A stretch of 64,000 nucleotides of DNA from the human T2T-CHM13v2.0 reference genome, Homo sapiens (GCF_009914755.1 NC_060929.1), one strand, 5' to 3'. Shown: positions 1 to 16,698, numbered from the stretch's first letter. Notes: generated from the sequence alone by a model not told the origin. Numbers and translations are program-made.

Positions 1-1344
1 TTGTTCTATTCTCTCCCAAATGCGTGAATCTCTAAAGCACAATGTTCTACAAACCTTAAGAAAGAGTCCACAGGTCCTGGGTTCTCTTCCTACTAATTCA
101 TACCCAAATATTTGCATGCCAGGAAGGAGGGCCCATGTGGAGGTGGAGAAGTATGTCACAAGCAACAGCTTGTGCAGCCTGTCAATAAACCTTTGGTTCT
201 TGTCTTAGGAATCGAGTGACAGTGTCCAGTTCATATAAACAAATGTATTCTAGCAATTCACAAATTCTAGGATAAAAGAAGACAACTAAAAAGTTGCTGC
301 CCATCTAAAAATGTTTGAAGGGATGTGGTATGCAGCAAGCTTCAGGCGAGAAATGCAGGCAAGCGTGTCTCTCGTCCACCTGCTCATGACCCTGCGACAT
401 ACCACAAACTAGCAAGGACACAGTGCAGCTTCATGGAATACCAGGGCTCCAAATGCATATTTGTTACATACCATTCACTCTGGCAACATGCATTCCACAT
501 GCCCCAGAATTCTGCAACTTGTGCTGTTTTGCCTTCTGATGAGACAGCTTGCTGACAATAAACACTTCTTGATAGAGGACCTTCACTCCCAAGCTGAATG
601 TTATTTGACCTGTGTGTTAAATTCTTTTCCCCCCTTACTATTAAGCCACACATCTGTATTCTCCACACACCCCATCTTGAGTAGCCTGCTAAATATTCTG
701 TCTTGTCCCAAAGAGGATTGCCTTCTAGATGATTTCTTGTCTCCTTAACACAGTCTTGTCATGGGACCTCCTGACGCTTAAGGCTGCCAAGAACAACTTG
801 CAGTTCTTGCAGTCAACACACTCCATGCTCGTCCTGGCCTTCTCTGACACTCAGGGAGCCCCACCTTTCCTGGGCACATTCCATCCCTACTCATCCCACC
901 CACTCCTTTTTTATTCCTTCATTGGGTGGTGCCACTGAAGCTTGCAAACTGCTCTTTTCCCTTAGGCAAGGGATTTGGGCTTGACAATGTCATCTGTTCT
1001 ATGTGGTCTAGGGCCGAAAGTTAGGATTTAAGAATCCAAAAGTTGTGGCTTCCAATCTTGACATTCCCAGGTACCAGCAGTGTTCAAAATCCCCAAGTTA
1101 CCAACAACCCATGTGTAACATAAAATCCCTGGCTCTACCTTCATTACAGGGAACACCCCTCAATATCAACTTTACCTCAGTGCCTTATTTCATTGCCTCG
1201 AAACAACAGATGTCTCCTTTTTATTTAATGCCCCCTACCTTTGCTTATTTCCTTCTTTCATTCTGCCTTTTATAGCTGCTGTTTTGTATGTTTCATGTAT
1301 CTTCAGAAATTGGTTGCAATTCTTTCTGATTACAAATTGTGGAA

Positions 1345-1522
1345 AGAATAAAGGGAGAAAGTGAAGAACAAAGGAAAAATGGAAGGAAGGAGGGAAGGAA
1401 GGAACAAAGGAGGAAAAGTAAAGAAAAGAAAGAGAGGAGAGGAAAGGAAAGGAGAGGAGGGAGGAAAGGAGGGCAAAAGGAAGAAAGGAAGAAGGGAGGG
1501 AGGGAGGGAAGAAAGACAAAAA
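1345..1522 (+). repeat. Polypurine (GA-rich) low-complexity tract
   Basis: About 175 nt almost only A/G, built from imperfect GGAA/GGGA/GAAA units. Confidence 0.95.
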
Positions 1523-2301
1523 TGCAAACAAAATTAAGAAATTTCAGACAGAACTCTGTCCATAGCAGATAAGTTCAGAATACCTTAGCAAATTTAGCTT
1601 TTCTTTTAAGCAAAGCAAGCAGCAACCAGAGGGAGGAAGCACCTAATATTCATAGATAAAGAATTTAATAGCTCAAATTTCTTGCATTCTATGCATAACT
1701 TCATAGGTGAGTTAAACTTTCTGATTCTTTCTTTCTCAATCTGTAAAATGAAGTGGGAATTAAGGAACTGGACCACAATAACTAAAACAGGACATTCTCT
1801 TATAAAATATTGATGTTACAAATAAAAAGCAGCATTACTGAGATACATTAAGAACTCTCTTCCAAGCAGTATGCTAATTATAGAAATGAAAGAATCATTT
1901 GTCACTACTATTTATCTAGGCAGATTCACAAATTCTTATCGCAGTTTAAAATGTATCCTTTTTATTTCTGATCAAAAAACACTTGATAATTATGGGAGTG
2001 ATTGCAAATAGCCCAAAGCATGCCAGCAGCTTTCCTCACCTTTGCCCTGCTCAGTTCCCATAGAAAAGCACTGACACTGGCGCAATCTACTTTACATTTC
2101 AGGGCTTGCTCTGCTAGGCCTCTTAACCTCTCTGTCTTTAATACTGCTGAGTCTTCCTGAAACTCTCCCCTTTCATTGGCTTCTATGCCACTACTCGTTG
2201 CCTATTCTTCCTCAGTCTTCTCACTTTCTGTTCCTAGGTCCTCTCCTGTCCTAACGGTGGCCTCTTCTCTGCTCACTCTGCACCCTCTCCCTTCCAAGGC
2301 T

Positions 2302-2518
2302 CCAGTGTTTCCCAATGGCAACATAATTGGTTGGCATTTTGAGTGGCACACATCATTGTTTAGGACTGCCCTTTTATTTCAGAACATTTAGCATCCTGGT
2401 CCCCTCTCACACATGTCAGCAATGCTACACCCCATCATTGTGACAACAAAAAACAACTCATATATTTCAAAATGCCCCTTCTAGGGGCAGCACTACTCAC
2501 AGTGTGTTAGAAATTCTG
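2302..2518 (-). mobile_element. MER20-like hAT-Charlie non-autonomous DNA transposon
   Basis: Colinear with the reverse complement of recalled MER20 (ttagcatcctgg...cattgtgacaacaaaaa...aaatgcccc); diverged. Confidence 0.65.
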
Positions 2519-2529
2519 TGCCATTTTAC

Positions 2530-2830
2530 CATACCCAGCCCAAATATCTCCCCTATGCTTTAGTCCATTGTCAACTAGATATCTTCAGTTAGATGATGCA
2601 AAAAAACCCTTCACACTTCTGTCTGCAGCAAAGCCGATCTCCCCAAATCTGATTTTCCTCTTGAATTCCTATCTCTGTTGGTCATGCATAATCACCAGAG
2701 CCAGAAACCTAGATGTCAACTTTGATTCCTCCCTCTTCTCAAATCCCAGATCAATTAATCTCCAGGTCTTTTCAACTGTACCTCATGAATAACTTTCACA
2801 TCTATCATTTCCCCTCTATTTCCACATAAT
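2530..2830 (+). mobile_element. L2 LINE fragment
   Basis: L2-typical gccagaaacctagatgtcaactttgattcctccctc; further L2-like debris near 2150-2300 and 3150-3480. Confidence 0.6.
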
Positions 2831-3504
2831 AACTGTCCCTTTTCCAACCCACTGATTCTCAGTATGGGATCTTAAGCCTGCTGGTTGGCCATGAAAGACC
2901 TCCCAATAAGCTACAAAATGATCATATGTATATATAAACCTCTAAACTCATATTCTTCTCTTATCGAGTAAAAATTGGTTCTATAAAGTCTTCGTTCTCT
3001 AAATTCATTTTTACTAGAGACTGAAATTCCTGGAGTAAGTATGTTAAGGTATTGTTTGTCCCACTACATGGGTCAGGGTCAAAAGAGTCTGCACCACTGT
3101 CCTAGACAATAAGCTCCTCAATGTGCAAAATAATCTCATTTTTCTCCCACCAGTTTTCTCCTTACCAAGTCCATAGTCCCCTGCATTTTCAGAATTATCT
3201 TTCTAAAACATTAACTTGACATTGTCACTCCTCTGCTTAAATTTATTCAATAGTTGTTTATCACCTAAAACACACACCTCAGGCAACCATATGTGAAATC
3301 TCAAGATATGGTCCCTCTCTCTCTCTCAACTCAGTCCCCAAACTTTACACAAAGTTCTACCAATACCAAACTCTTATAGTGTCCCAAGGACACCTTGCTG
3401 CTCAGTGCCCTTCTGCTTTTGCACATGTGCCTCTCTTGGCCTAGAGTTATCTGCCATTGACTTGAGTTGTATTTTAAAAGTATCAATCCCAGTATTGTGT
3501 AGAG

Positions 3505-3843
3505 TAGGGGTCCCCAGCCCCCAGGCCATGGACCAGTACCAGTCTGTGGCCTGTTACGAACCAGGCTGCACAGCGGGAGGTGAGTGGTAGGGGAGCAAGC
3601 ATTATTGCCTGAGCTCTGCCTCCAGTAAGATGATCAGTGGCATTAGATTTTCATAAGAGCATGAACCCTATAATAAACTGCTCATGCAAGGAACCTAGGT
3701 TGTGCCCTCCTTATGAGAATCTAATGCCTGATAATCTGAGGTGGAACAGTTTCATCCCCAAACCATCTCCCTGACCCTGGTCCATAGAAAAATTGTCTTC
3801 CATGAAACTGGTCCTTGGTGCCAAAACGGTTGAGGGACTGCTC
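3505..3843 (+). mobile_element. MER1B hAT-Charlie DNA transposon, full length
   Basis: TIRs (t)aggggtccccag...gggactgct; internal ggcattagatt/aatctaatgcc inverted repeat; 8-bp TSD gtgtagag (3497-3504)/gtatagag (3844-3851). Confidence 0.92.
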
Positions 3844-4049
3844 GTATAGAGAACAGACTTCGAGGGCATGGGGAAGAAGCAGCAAAACAAAAGCTGCTGG
3901 TGGTTTGACCCATGGTGATAGCACTGAAAGGGGAGAATAATGATCAATTCTTAGATGTTTGTAAAGTATTCATTTTATATATTTCATTTAAAAGCCTACC
4001 AAAATGTTTTTCCTAGTTGACAGGCAGCAAAACTGAGCCATGAAGTCAT

Positions 4050-4403
4050 TGCCTTAGTCCATTCAGGCTGCTGAAACAAAATTCCATAACTGGGTGGCTT
4101 ATAAACAACAGAAATGCATTTCTCACAGTTCTGGAGGCTGGGAAGTTCAAGATCAATGTACTCGCAGATTCAGTGTCTGGTGAGGGCTTACTTCCCAGAC
4201 AACCATCTTTTCACTTTAACATTAATGGCAGAAAGGACAAGGGATCTCTTGGGACTTCTTTTTTAAGAACACTAATCTCATTCATGAGGGCTTCATCCTC
4301 ATGATCTAGTTACCTCCTAAGGCCCCATCTCCTAATATTGATTAGTATTAGGATTTCAACATATGAATGTGGGAGGAGGGGTACAAGCATTCAGTCTATA
4401 GCA
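4050..4403 (-). mobile_element. MLT1A-type MaLR solo LTR
   Basis: TG...CA ends; ttctcacagttctggaggctgggaagttcaagatc motif; 5-bp TSD gtcat on both sides. Confidence 0.88.
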
Positions 4404-4799
4404 GTCATATAGCATCTCATCAGTATTGTATTATGTATGAGTATTGTACCTGAGAGTCCCAGAATTCATTTCCTCAATTAAATAGTTATTTTCCACTCAA
4501 AACTTCTTTGTAAACTGAGCAGGGGTGTGATTTCTGTCTCTCTTGAGAATCTTAAAAGTTAAGTGCATATCTCAGTTATCTTGAAAAGAATTCCCCATTC
4601 CCCAGTTTGAGGTTGTTTTTATTGTGTTGTTTTATTTTCAGCAATGCTAGTAAGAAAAGCCGTGACATTAGTAATGTTTCAATGTTGCTTTTGCTCCCCT
4701 TTCAACCCTCTTCTCTTAATCTTACCATATACCCATGCCTCATAAGGTCCTTTATCCTAATTGTTTTATTGGTAATAGTAGTAGTTGTTGTTGTCACTA

Positions 4800-5058
4800 G
4801 GAGTAGAAATAATTATAATACTACAGTGCATTAACTCAGACTCACAGAATCTTGTCATGCTAAGAGTTTACATGAATTACTTCATTTAATTCTTACAGGA
4901 ACCATAAAAAGGTGAGCAGCATCTTCATACCAATTTTACAGATAAGACAATAGAGGCTCCAAGAAGTTATGAAATGTATTCAAGATCATTCATCTAGCCA
5001 ATTGTACAACAGAATTTAAATCCAGATTTCATGGCCTGTACTCTTACCTACTACTCCA
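4800..5058 (-). mobile_element. MIR SINE
   Basis: Reverse MIR core (ttcatttaattctt...attttacagataagacaatagaggc). Confidence 0.75.
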
Positions 5059-5149
5059 TGTTGGCTCTCTTACAGCCATTTATGTAGATTCCAACTATCG
5101 TGTAACTGTGAATTAATCTAATGAAGCATTTAAAAATAAATATTTTAAA

Positions 5150-7857
<2,708 letters not shown>

Positions 7858-8388
7858 TGTGATAGCCAACCTTCAAGATGGCTTCCAGTGACCCTCATCT
7901 GCAGGTATTCATGCCGTTGTATGGTTTCCTTCCATACAAAATAGTGCTGACCTGTGTGACCAATTGGATATTGTGGAGATAATGGCATGTGACTTCTGAG
8001 TCTAGATCACAAAAGGCACTGCAGCTTCTGCCTTGCTTTCTTTTGAATCACTTGTTCTGAGAGAAGCCAGCTACAATGTCATGAAGACACTCAAGCAGCT
8101 CTGTGAAGAAGCTCATATGTAAAGAAATTGAGGCCTCCTATCCAAGTCACCATCAACTTGCCAGACACATGAGTGAGCCATCTTGGAAGCAGACCCTGCA
8201 GCGTCAGTCAAGCTTTTAGATGACTCCAGGCCCAGTCAACATCTTGACTGAACCTTCATTAGAGACCCACAGCAAAACCAAGTAAGCTACACCTGAATAT
8301 CAAACCCACAGAAATGGCAAGAGATAAGTGCTCGTTGTTTTAAGCCACTTGACTTTGGGGCATAATACTTTACACAGAAATAATTAGT
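7858..8388 (+). mobile_element. MLT1F-type MaLR LTR
   Basis: tgtgatagccaaccttcaagatggc start; gtgagccatcttggaagcag; ttgttttaagccact near the end. Confidence 0.8.
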
Positions 8389-8399
8389 TGTGTTTCTAT

Positions 8400-9460
8400 T
8401 TGCTCATAAAAAAAGAGGAAAACAAAATCAAAAAAAAAAAAAACCCTTAACAATAGCTATGAAACAGCATCTACTGAAAATTACAGAACATTACTAAGAG
8501 AAATTAAAGTAGACCTAAATAAATGGAGCTACCTACCGTGTTCACAGAGTAGAGGACACAAGACTATTAAATACCACTTTTTCCCAAATTAATCTATAGG
8601 TTCTAGCAATCTTTTCGTAGACACTGATAAGCTCATTCTAAAATGTATATGGAAATGCAATGAACCTAAAATAGCAAAATAAATCTTGAAGTAAGAACAA
8701 AGCTGGAGGCCTTATATGCCTTACGTCAAGAATTATTACAAAACTACAGAGCTCAAGATAATGTAGGGTTAGCATAAAAGTAAACATCTAGAAAAATGGA
8801 ATGGAATACAAAGTCCAGATATGGATCACACATATGTGATCAATTGGCTTTAGCAAGGGTACAAAGACATTTCAGTGGTAAAAGGAAAAATTTCCAACAT
8901 ATGGTGTTGAAATTACTGGAAATATATGAGGGGAAAAATGAACATCAACTTTTATCACACGCAGCATGAAACAGTCCTAGAACTAAATGTAAAAGCTACA
9001 ACTGTAAAATTTCTAGACAGAATTTCACAAAGAGAAAGTTTTTGTTCACAAAGAAACAGGAGAAAATCTTTGTGACCTTGAGATAGGCAAAGATTTCTTA
9101 CGTAGTACACCAAAATCACAAATTATAAATGAAAAAATGATAAATTAGACATCATCAAAATTTAAAATTATTATTCTTCAAAAATCACTATTAAGGAAAC
9201 AAAAAGGCAAATCACTAAACAGAAAAAATATTTGCATACATGTATAGCAAGGTGTCTAAATCTGGAAAATAGAAAGAACTAATAACTCGATAATAAAAAG
9301 GCAAACAAATTAAAAATGAGCAATGGATTTGAATAATAATTTCTTAAAAGAAGGTGTATGAATGGCCAGTAAGCACATGAAAAAGTGTTCAACTTTGAGT
9401 AATGAATTGTACACCTTAAATGGGTGAATTGGATGGTATGTGAATGATATCTTGATAACA
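8400..9460 (+). mobile_element. Old L1M ORF2/3' remnant
   Basis: Degenerate ORF2 C-terminal sequence (gaacaaagctggaggcctt) and 3' UTR motif aattgtacaccttaaatgggtgaatt. Confidence 0.75.
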
Positions 9461-10579
9461 CTTACGTAAAAAATGAAACAATGAAGCTAGGAGTGGAGGA
9501 AGGAGTAAATTGCAAAGACACGTGATACAGAAAAAGTGGCAGATAGGAGGCAGGACTAACTTGCAGATCCCACCTGGACAGACACAGCAGTGTGTGGAGA
9601 GTCACATTGTGAACTTTTGCTCCAAGAACTCCTACAGGAACATACAGGGAAAGCCGAGAGAATCTACAAAGCCTGTGAAAGAGGTGGAATGCCACTGCAG
9701 CTCTGTGAGACAGCCAAGGAACTGTGAGTCCACTTTCTTTCTCACCTGGGAGTCTCGTAACCTGGGACAAGTTCTCAGCCTTGCTCACTGGTTGCCTGGA
9801 AATAAATTCAGTGCTGTTTGCGGGGACATGGTGGGAGTGAGACTGGACTTTTGGGCTGCATGGGAGACGGGTGAGGCCTGTGGTTGCCGGGTTTCCCCCA
9901 CTTTCCTGGCAACCTGTGTGATGCAGCAGTGGCAGCCATAATCCCTCTGGGACCATAACTCCACTGGCCTGGGAAACCACAACTCCATCCCCCACAGCAG
10001 CTGCAGCAAGCTCCACCCAAGGAGAGTCTGAACTCAGACAGCCTAACCCCGCCTCAACGTGATGATCTTTCTCCACCCACCCTGGTAGCTGGAGACAAAG
10101 GACATAATCTCTTGGGAGCTCTATAGCCCTGCCCACCACCTGATACTTGGGCAAGCTTGTATCCTCCCTATACTACTGCAGCTGATGCACTTTTGAAAGT
10201 GCTACCTTTTGGCTGGAGGCCAGCCAACACAAAATCAGTGCACTTAAAAATACAACCACGGACCCCTCACAGAGTCTACTTCAGTTCCCTGCTACCTCCA
10301 CCAGAGCAGGTGCTTGTATCCATGGCTGAAAGACCTGAAGACGGATAACATCACAGGACTCTTTGCAGATATTCCCCAGTACCGGCCTGGAGCCCAGTAG
10401 CTCCGCTGAGTGGCTAAATCCAGAACAGAAATAACAATAATGGCAGTTTGGCTCTCAGGATGCCCCATCCCTAGAAGAAGGGGGAAAGCACCAAATCAAG
10501 GGAGCACTTCGTGGGACAAAAGAATCTGAACAGCAGCCCTTGAGTCCCAGATCTTTCCTCTGACATAGTCTACCCAAAA

Positions 10580-11542
10580 AAGAAGGAACCAGAAAAACAA
10601 TTCTGGTAATATGACAAAACAAGATTATTTAATACCCCCAAAAGATTATACTAGCTCACCAGCAAAGATAAAATCTCTGAATTGCCAGGAGAAGAATTCA
10701 GAAGGTCGATTATTAAGCTAATCAAGGAGGCACCAGAGAAATACGAAGTTCAGCTTAAAGAAATAAAAACAATGATACAGGATATGAATGGAAAAATCTC
10801 CAGTGAAATAGATAACATAAACAAAAGACAATCACAAATTCTGGAAATGAAGGACACACTTAGAGAAATGCAAAATGCACTGGAAAGTCTCAGCAATAGA
10901 ATTGAACAAGTAGAAGAAGAAACTTCAGAGCTCAAAGACAAGGCTTTAGAATTAACCCAATCCAACAAAAACAAAGAAAAAAAAATTTTTTAATGAACAA
11001 ATCCTCCAAGAAGTTTGAGATTTTGTTAAACAACCACACCTAATAATAATTGGCATTCCCGAGGAAAAAGAGAACTCTACAAGTTTGGAAAACATATTTG
11101 AGGGAATAACCAAGGAAAACTTCCCTGGCCTTGTAGATCTAGACATCCAAATACAAGAAGCTCAAAGAACAACTGGGAAATTAATTGCAAAAAGATCATC
11201 AGGTTATCTAAAGTCAAGACAAAGGAAAGAATCTTAAGAGCTGTGAGGCAAAAGCATCAGGTAACCTACAAAGCAAAACCTATCAGATTAATAGCAGATT
11301 TATCAGCAGAAATCCTACAAGCTAGAAGGGACTGGGATCCTATCTTTAACCTCCTTAAAGAAAACAAGTAACAGCCAAGAATCTTGTATCCAGTGAAACT
11401 AAGCTTCATAAATGAAGGAAAGATACAGTCTTTTTCAGACAAACAAATGCTGAGAGAATTCACCACTACCAAGCCAGCACTACAAGAACTGCTAAAAGGA
11501 GCTCTAAATCTTGAAATGAATCCTCAAAATACACCAAAATAG
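10580..11542 (+). pseudogene. L1 ORF1p remnant (coiled-coil RNA-binding protein)
   Basis: ORF 10682-10993 (ALESLSNRIEQVEEETSELKD) is ORF1p-like; frame broken downstream. Confidence 0.88.
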
Positions 11543-12677
11543 AATCTCCTTAAAGCATAAATCTAATAGGACCTATAAAGCAATAATAAAATGAAAAAAC
11601 ACAAGGTATTCCGGCAACAAATAGTATGATTAATAGAATAGTACCTCACATCTCAATACTAACATTGAATGTAAATGGCCTAAGTGTTCCACTTAAAAGA
11701 TACGGAATGGCAGAATGGATAAGAATTTACCAACCAACTATCTCCTTCCTTCGAGAGACTCATCTAACACATAAGTACTCACATAAACTTAAGATAAAGG
11801 GGTGGAAAAAGATATTCCATGCAAATGGACACCAGAAGCAAACAGGAGTAGCTACTCTTAAATTATACAAAACAAACTTTAAAGCAACAGCAGTTAAAAA
11901 AGATGAAGAGGGACATTATATAATGATAAAAGGACTAGTCCAACAAGAAAATACCACAATCCTAAATATATATGCACCTAACACTAGAGCTCCCAAATTT
12001 ATAAAACAATTACTACTAGACTTAAGAAATGGGATAGATGGCAACACAATAATAGTAGGAGACTTCAATACTCCAATGACAGCACTAGACAGGTCATCAA
12101 GATAGAAAGTCAACAAAGAAACAATGGACTTAAACTATACTCTAGAACAAATGGACTTAACAGATATTTACAGAACATTCTACCCAACAACTGCAGAATA
12201 TACATTCTATTCATCAGCACATGGAACATTCTCCAAGATAGACCATAAGATAGGCCACAAAACAAGTCTCAACAAATTTAAGAAAATCGAAATTATAGCA
12301 CATACTCTCTCAGACCACAGTGGAATAAAATTGGAAATCAACTCCAAAAGGGAGCCTCAAAACCAAGCAAATACATAGAAATTAAATAACTTAGTCTTGA
12401 GTGATTGTTGGGTCAACAATGAAATCAAGATGGAAATTTAAAAATTCTTTGAACTGAGTGATAATAGTAACACAACCTACTGAAACCTCTGGGATACAGC
12501 AAAGGCAGTGCTAAGAGGAAAGTTCATAGCATTAAATGCCTACATCAAAAAGTCTGAAAGAGTACAAATAATCTTAGGTCACATCTCAAGGAACTAGAGA
12601 AATAAGAACAAACCTAACCCAAACCCAGCAGAAGAAAAGAAAGAAAGATCAGAGCAGAACTAAATGAAATTGAAACA

Positions 12678-12773
12678 GTATATGTATATATATACGTATA
12701 CATACACACACACATATACATATATATATATACACACATATATACATATATATACATGCACATATATATATAT
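12678..12773. repeat. Compound (TA)n/(CA)n microsatellite inside L1 ORF2
   Basis: About 95 nt of alternating purine-pyrimidine sequence. Confidence 0.95.
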
Positions 12774-15189
12774 GAGACAAATGAAACAAAAAGCTGGTTC
12801 TTTGAAAAGGTAAATAAAATTGGTAGATTATTTGTGAGATTAATTAAGAAAAGAAGAGAGAAGTTCCAAATAAGCTCAATTAGAAATAAAACGAGAGATA
12901 TTACAACCAATACCACAGAAATACAAAAGATCATTCAAGGCTACTATGAACACCTTTATGCACATAAACTAGAAAACATAGAGGAGATGGATAAATTGCT
13001 GAAACTATACAACCCTCCTAGATTAAAGCAGGTAGAAATAGAAACTCTGAACGGACCAACAATAAACAGTGAAATACCAAAAAAAAGGTCCAGGACCAGA
13101 AAGATTCACAGCTGAATTGTATCAGACATTCAAAGAATAATTGGTACTAATTCTACTGATACTATTCCAAAAGATAGAGAAAAAGGAAATCCTCCCTAAA
13201 TCATTCTACGAAGCTAGTATCACCCTAATACCAAAACTAAGAAAGGACATAACAAAAAGAGAAAACTACAGACCAATATCCCTGATGAACATAGATGCAA
13301 AAATCCTCAACAAAATACTAGCTAACAGAATCCAACAGCATATCAAAAAGAGTATCCACTATGATCAAGTGGATTTCATACCAGGATGCAGGGATGTTTT
13401 AACATACCCAAATCAATAAATGTAATATACCACATAAACAGAATTAAAAATCACATGATCGTCTCAATCAATGCCAAAAAAGCATTTGACAAAATCCAGC
13501 AACGCTTTATGACTAAAACCCTCAGCAAAATCATCATAGAAGGGACATACCTTAAGGTAATAAAAGCCATCTATGACAAACCCACATCCAACATTATACT
13601 GAACAGGGAAAAGTTGAAAGCATTACCCCTGAGAACTGGAACAAGACAAGGATGCCCACTTTCACCACCTCTATTCAACATAGCACTGGAAGTCCTAGCC
13701 AGAGCAATCCAACGAGAGAAAGAAATAAAGGGCATCCAAATCATTAAAGAGGAGGTCAAACTGTCAAACTACCGCTGTTTGCTGATGACATGATCGTATA
13801 CCTAGAAAACCCTAAAGACTCATCCGAAAAACCCTGAGAACTGGTAAATGAATTCAGCAAAGTTTCAGAAAACAAAATTAATGTACACAAATTAGCAGCT
13901 CTGCTATACACCAAGAGCAATCAAGCTGAGGATCAAATCAAGAACTCCACCCCTTTTACAATAGCTGCAAAAAATAAAATACTTAGGAATATACCTAACC
14001 AAGGAGGTGAAAGACCTTAAAAACAAAACTTCAAAACACTGCTGAAAGAAATTATAGGTGACACAAACAAATGGAAACACCCCCTATGCTCATGAATGAG
14101 CAGAATCAATATTGTAAAAATGACCATACTGCGAAAAGCAATCTACAAGTTCAATGCAATTCCCATCAAAATACCACCATCATTCTTCACAGAACTAGAA
14201 AAAAAAATCCTAAAATTCATATGGAAACCAAAAAGGAACCTGCATAGCCAAAGCGAGACTAAACAAAAAGAACAAATCTGGAGGCATCACATTACCTGAC
14301 TTTATATAGTATAAATAGGCCATAGTCACCAAAACAGCATGGTACTGGTATAAAAATAAGCACATAGACCAATGGAACTGAACAGAGAAAATAGAAATAA
14401 AGCCAAATACTTACAGCTAACTGATCTTCAACAAAGCCAACAAAACCATGGAGTAGAGAAAGGACTCCCTATTTAACAAATGGTGCTGGGATAATTGACA
14501 AGCCACATGTAGGAGAATGAAACTGAATCCTCATCTCTCACCTTATCCAAAAACCAACTCAAGATGGATCAAAGACTTAAATCTAAGACCTGAAACCATA
14601 AAAATTCTAGAAGATAACATCAGAAAATCCCTTCTAGACATTGGCTTAGGCACAGACTTCATGACCAAGAACCCAAAAGCAAATGCAACAAAAACAAAGA
14701 TAAATAGATGGAACTTAATTAAACTAAAAAGCTTCTGCACAGTAAAAGAAATAATCAGCAGAGTAAACAGGCAACCCACAGAGTGGGAGAAAATCTTCGC
14801 AATCTATGCTTCCAACAAAGGACAAATATCCAGAATCTACAAGGAATTCAAACAAATCAGCAAGGAAAAAACAAACAATCCCATCAAAAAGTGGTTTAAG
14901 GACCTGAATAGATAATTCTCAAAAGAAGACATGCTAATGGCCAACAAACATATGAAAAAATGCTCAACATCACTAATGATCAGGGAAATCAAATCAAAAC
15001 CACAATGTGATATCACCTTACTCCCACAAGAATGGCCATAATCAAAAAGTCAAAAAAACAATAGACATTGGCATGAATGTGGTGAAAAGGGAACACTTTT
15101 ACACCGTTGGTGGGAATGTAAACCAGTACAATCACTATCGAAAACAGTGTTGAGATTCCTTAAAGAACTAAAAGTAGATCTACCATTTG

Positions 15190-15559
<370 letters not shown>

Positions 15560-15665
15560 TAAGAAAAAGATACTTGCACACGCGTGTTTGTAGCAGCACA
15601 TTTCACAATTGCAAAAATATGGAACCAGCCCAAATGCCCATCAATTAATGACTGGATAAAGATAA

Positions 15666-15669
<4 letters not shown>

Positions 15670-15715
<46 letters not shown>
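15670..15715. repeat. (GT)23 microsatellite
   Basis: Perfect dinucleotide run. Confidence 0.98.
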
Positions 15716-15718
<3 letters not shown>

Positions 15719-16400
15719 AAATATATATATTTGAAATACTACTTAGCCACAAAAAGAAATAAATTAATGGTATTTGTAGCAGCCTGGATGGAATTGGAGA
15801 CCATTATTCTAGGTGAAGTAACTCAGGAATGGAAAACCAAACATTATATGTTCTGACTTGTAAGTGCAAGCTAAGCTACAAGGACACAAAGGCATAAGAA
15901 TGATACAATGGACTTTGGGGACTCGGGAAAGGGTGGGAGGCAGGTGAGGGATAAAAGACTGCACATTGGGTACAGTTTACACTGCTCAGGTGATAGGCAC
16001 ACCAAAATCTCAGAAATCACCACTGAAGAACTTATTCATGTACAAATAATAATAATAAAATAAATAAATATTAGGGCTTGGTGATGGGCCACTGTAAGAT
16101 ACAATAGCAAAAAATTAATTAAATCATACAATTTTTAAAAAGGTATGTGAGGTGATGAAATGATGAAAATGTTCAGTATCTTGATTGTAGCAGTAGTTTC
16201 ATGGGTGTATGCAACTCTAAAAATTAATCAAATTGTACACTTTAACTGAATTCAGCTTATCGTATGTAAGCAATCAGGTTGCTTTTATAAGATGTGTAAA
16301 CTGAAAAGTCTCCAGCATTTATTTCCCATCCCCAGATGCAATTAACATTGTTATACACTTGTATATTCTGTAGACATTTTATGCATGTGGAAATAAATAC

Positions 16401-16698
16401 TTTTTTTTTTTTTTTCGAGACAAGGTTCGCTCTTGTTGCCCAGGCTGGAGTGCAATGGTGCAATCTTGGCTCACTGCAACCTCCGCCTCCCTGGTTCAGC
16501 GATTCTCCTGCCTCAGCCTCCCAAGTAGATGGGATTACAGGCATGCGCCACCACGCCTGGCTAATTTTTTGTATTTTTAGTAGAGACGGGGTTTCTCCAT
16601 GTTGGTCAGGCTGGTCTCGAACTCCCGACCTCAGGTGATCCACCTGCTTCTGCCTCCCAAAGTGGTGGGATTACAGGGGTGAGCCACCACACCCAGCC
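16401..16698 (-). mobile_element. AluSp-like
   Basis: Dimeric Alu; tctccatgttggtcaggctggtctcgaactcccgacc; degenerate TSD tggaaata. Confidence 0.95.

Noticed and set aside
1235-1572. Hydrophobic (F/S/L/P) and basic (K/R/E/G) ORFs
   Set aside because: Translation artefacts of the GA-rich tract
3638-3730. Hairpin ggcattagattttcata/tatgagaatctaatgcc as a pre-miRNA
   Set aside because: Intrinsic MER1B internal inverted repeat, also visible in the other copies; no evidence of processing
11626-14915. Reverse transcriptase/endonuclease ORFs as a novel retro-system
   Set aside because: Standard L1 ORF2p motifs broken by many stops and frameshifts
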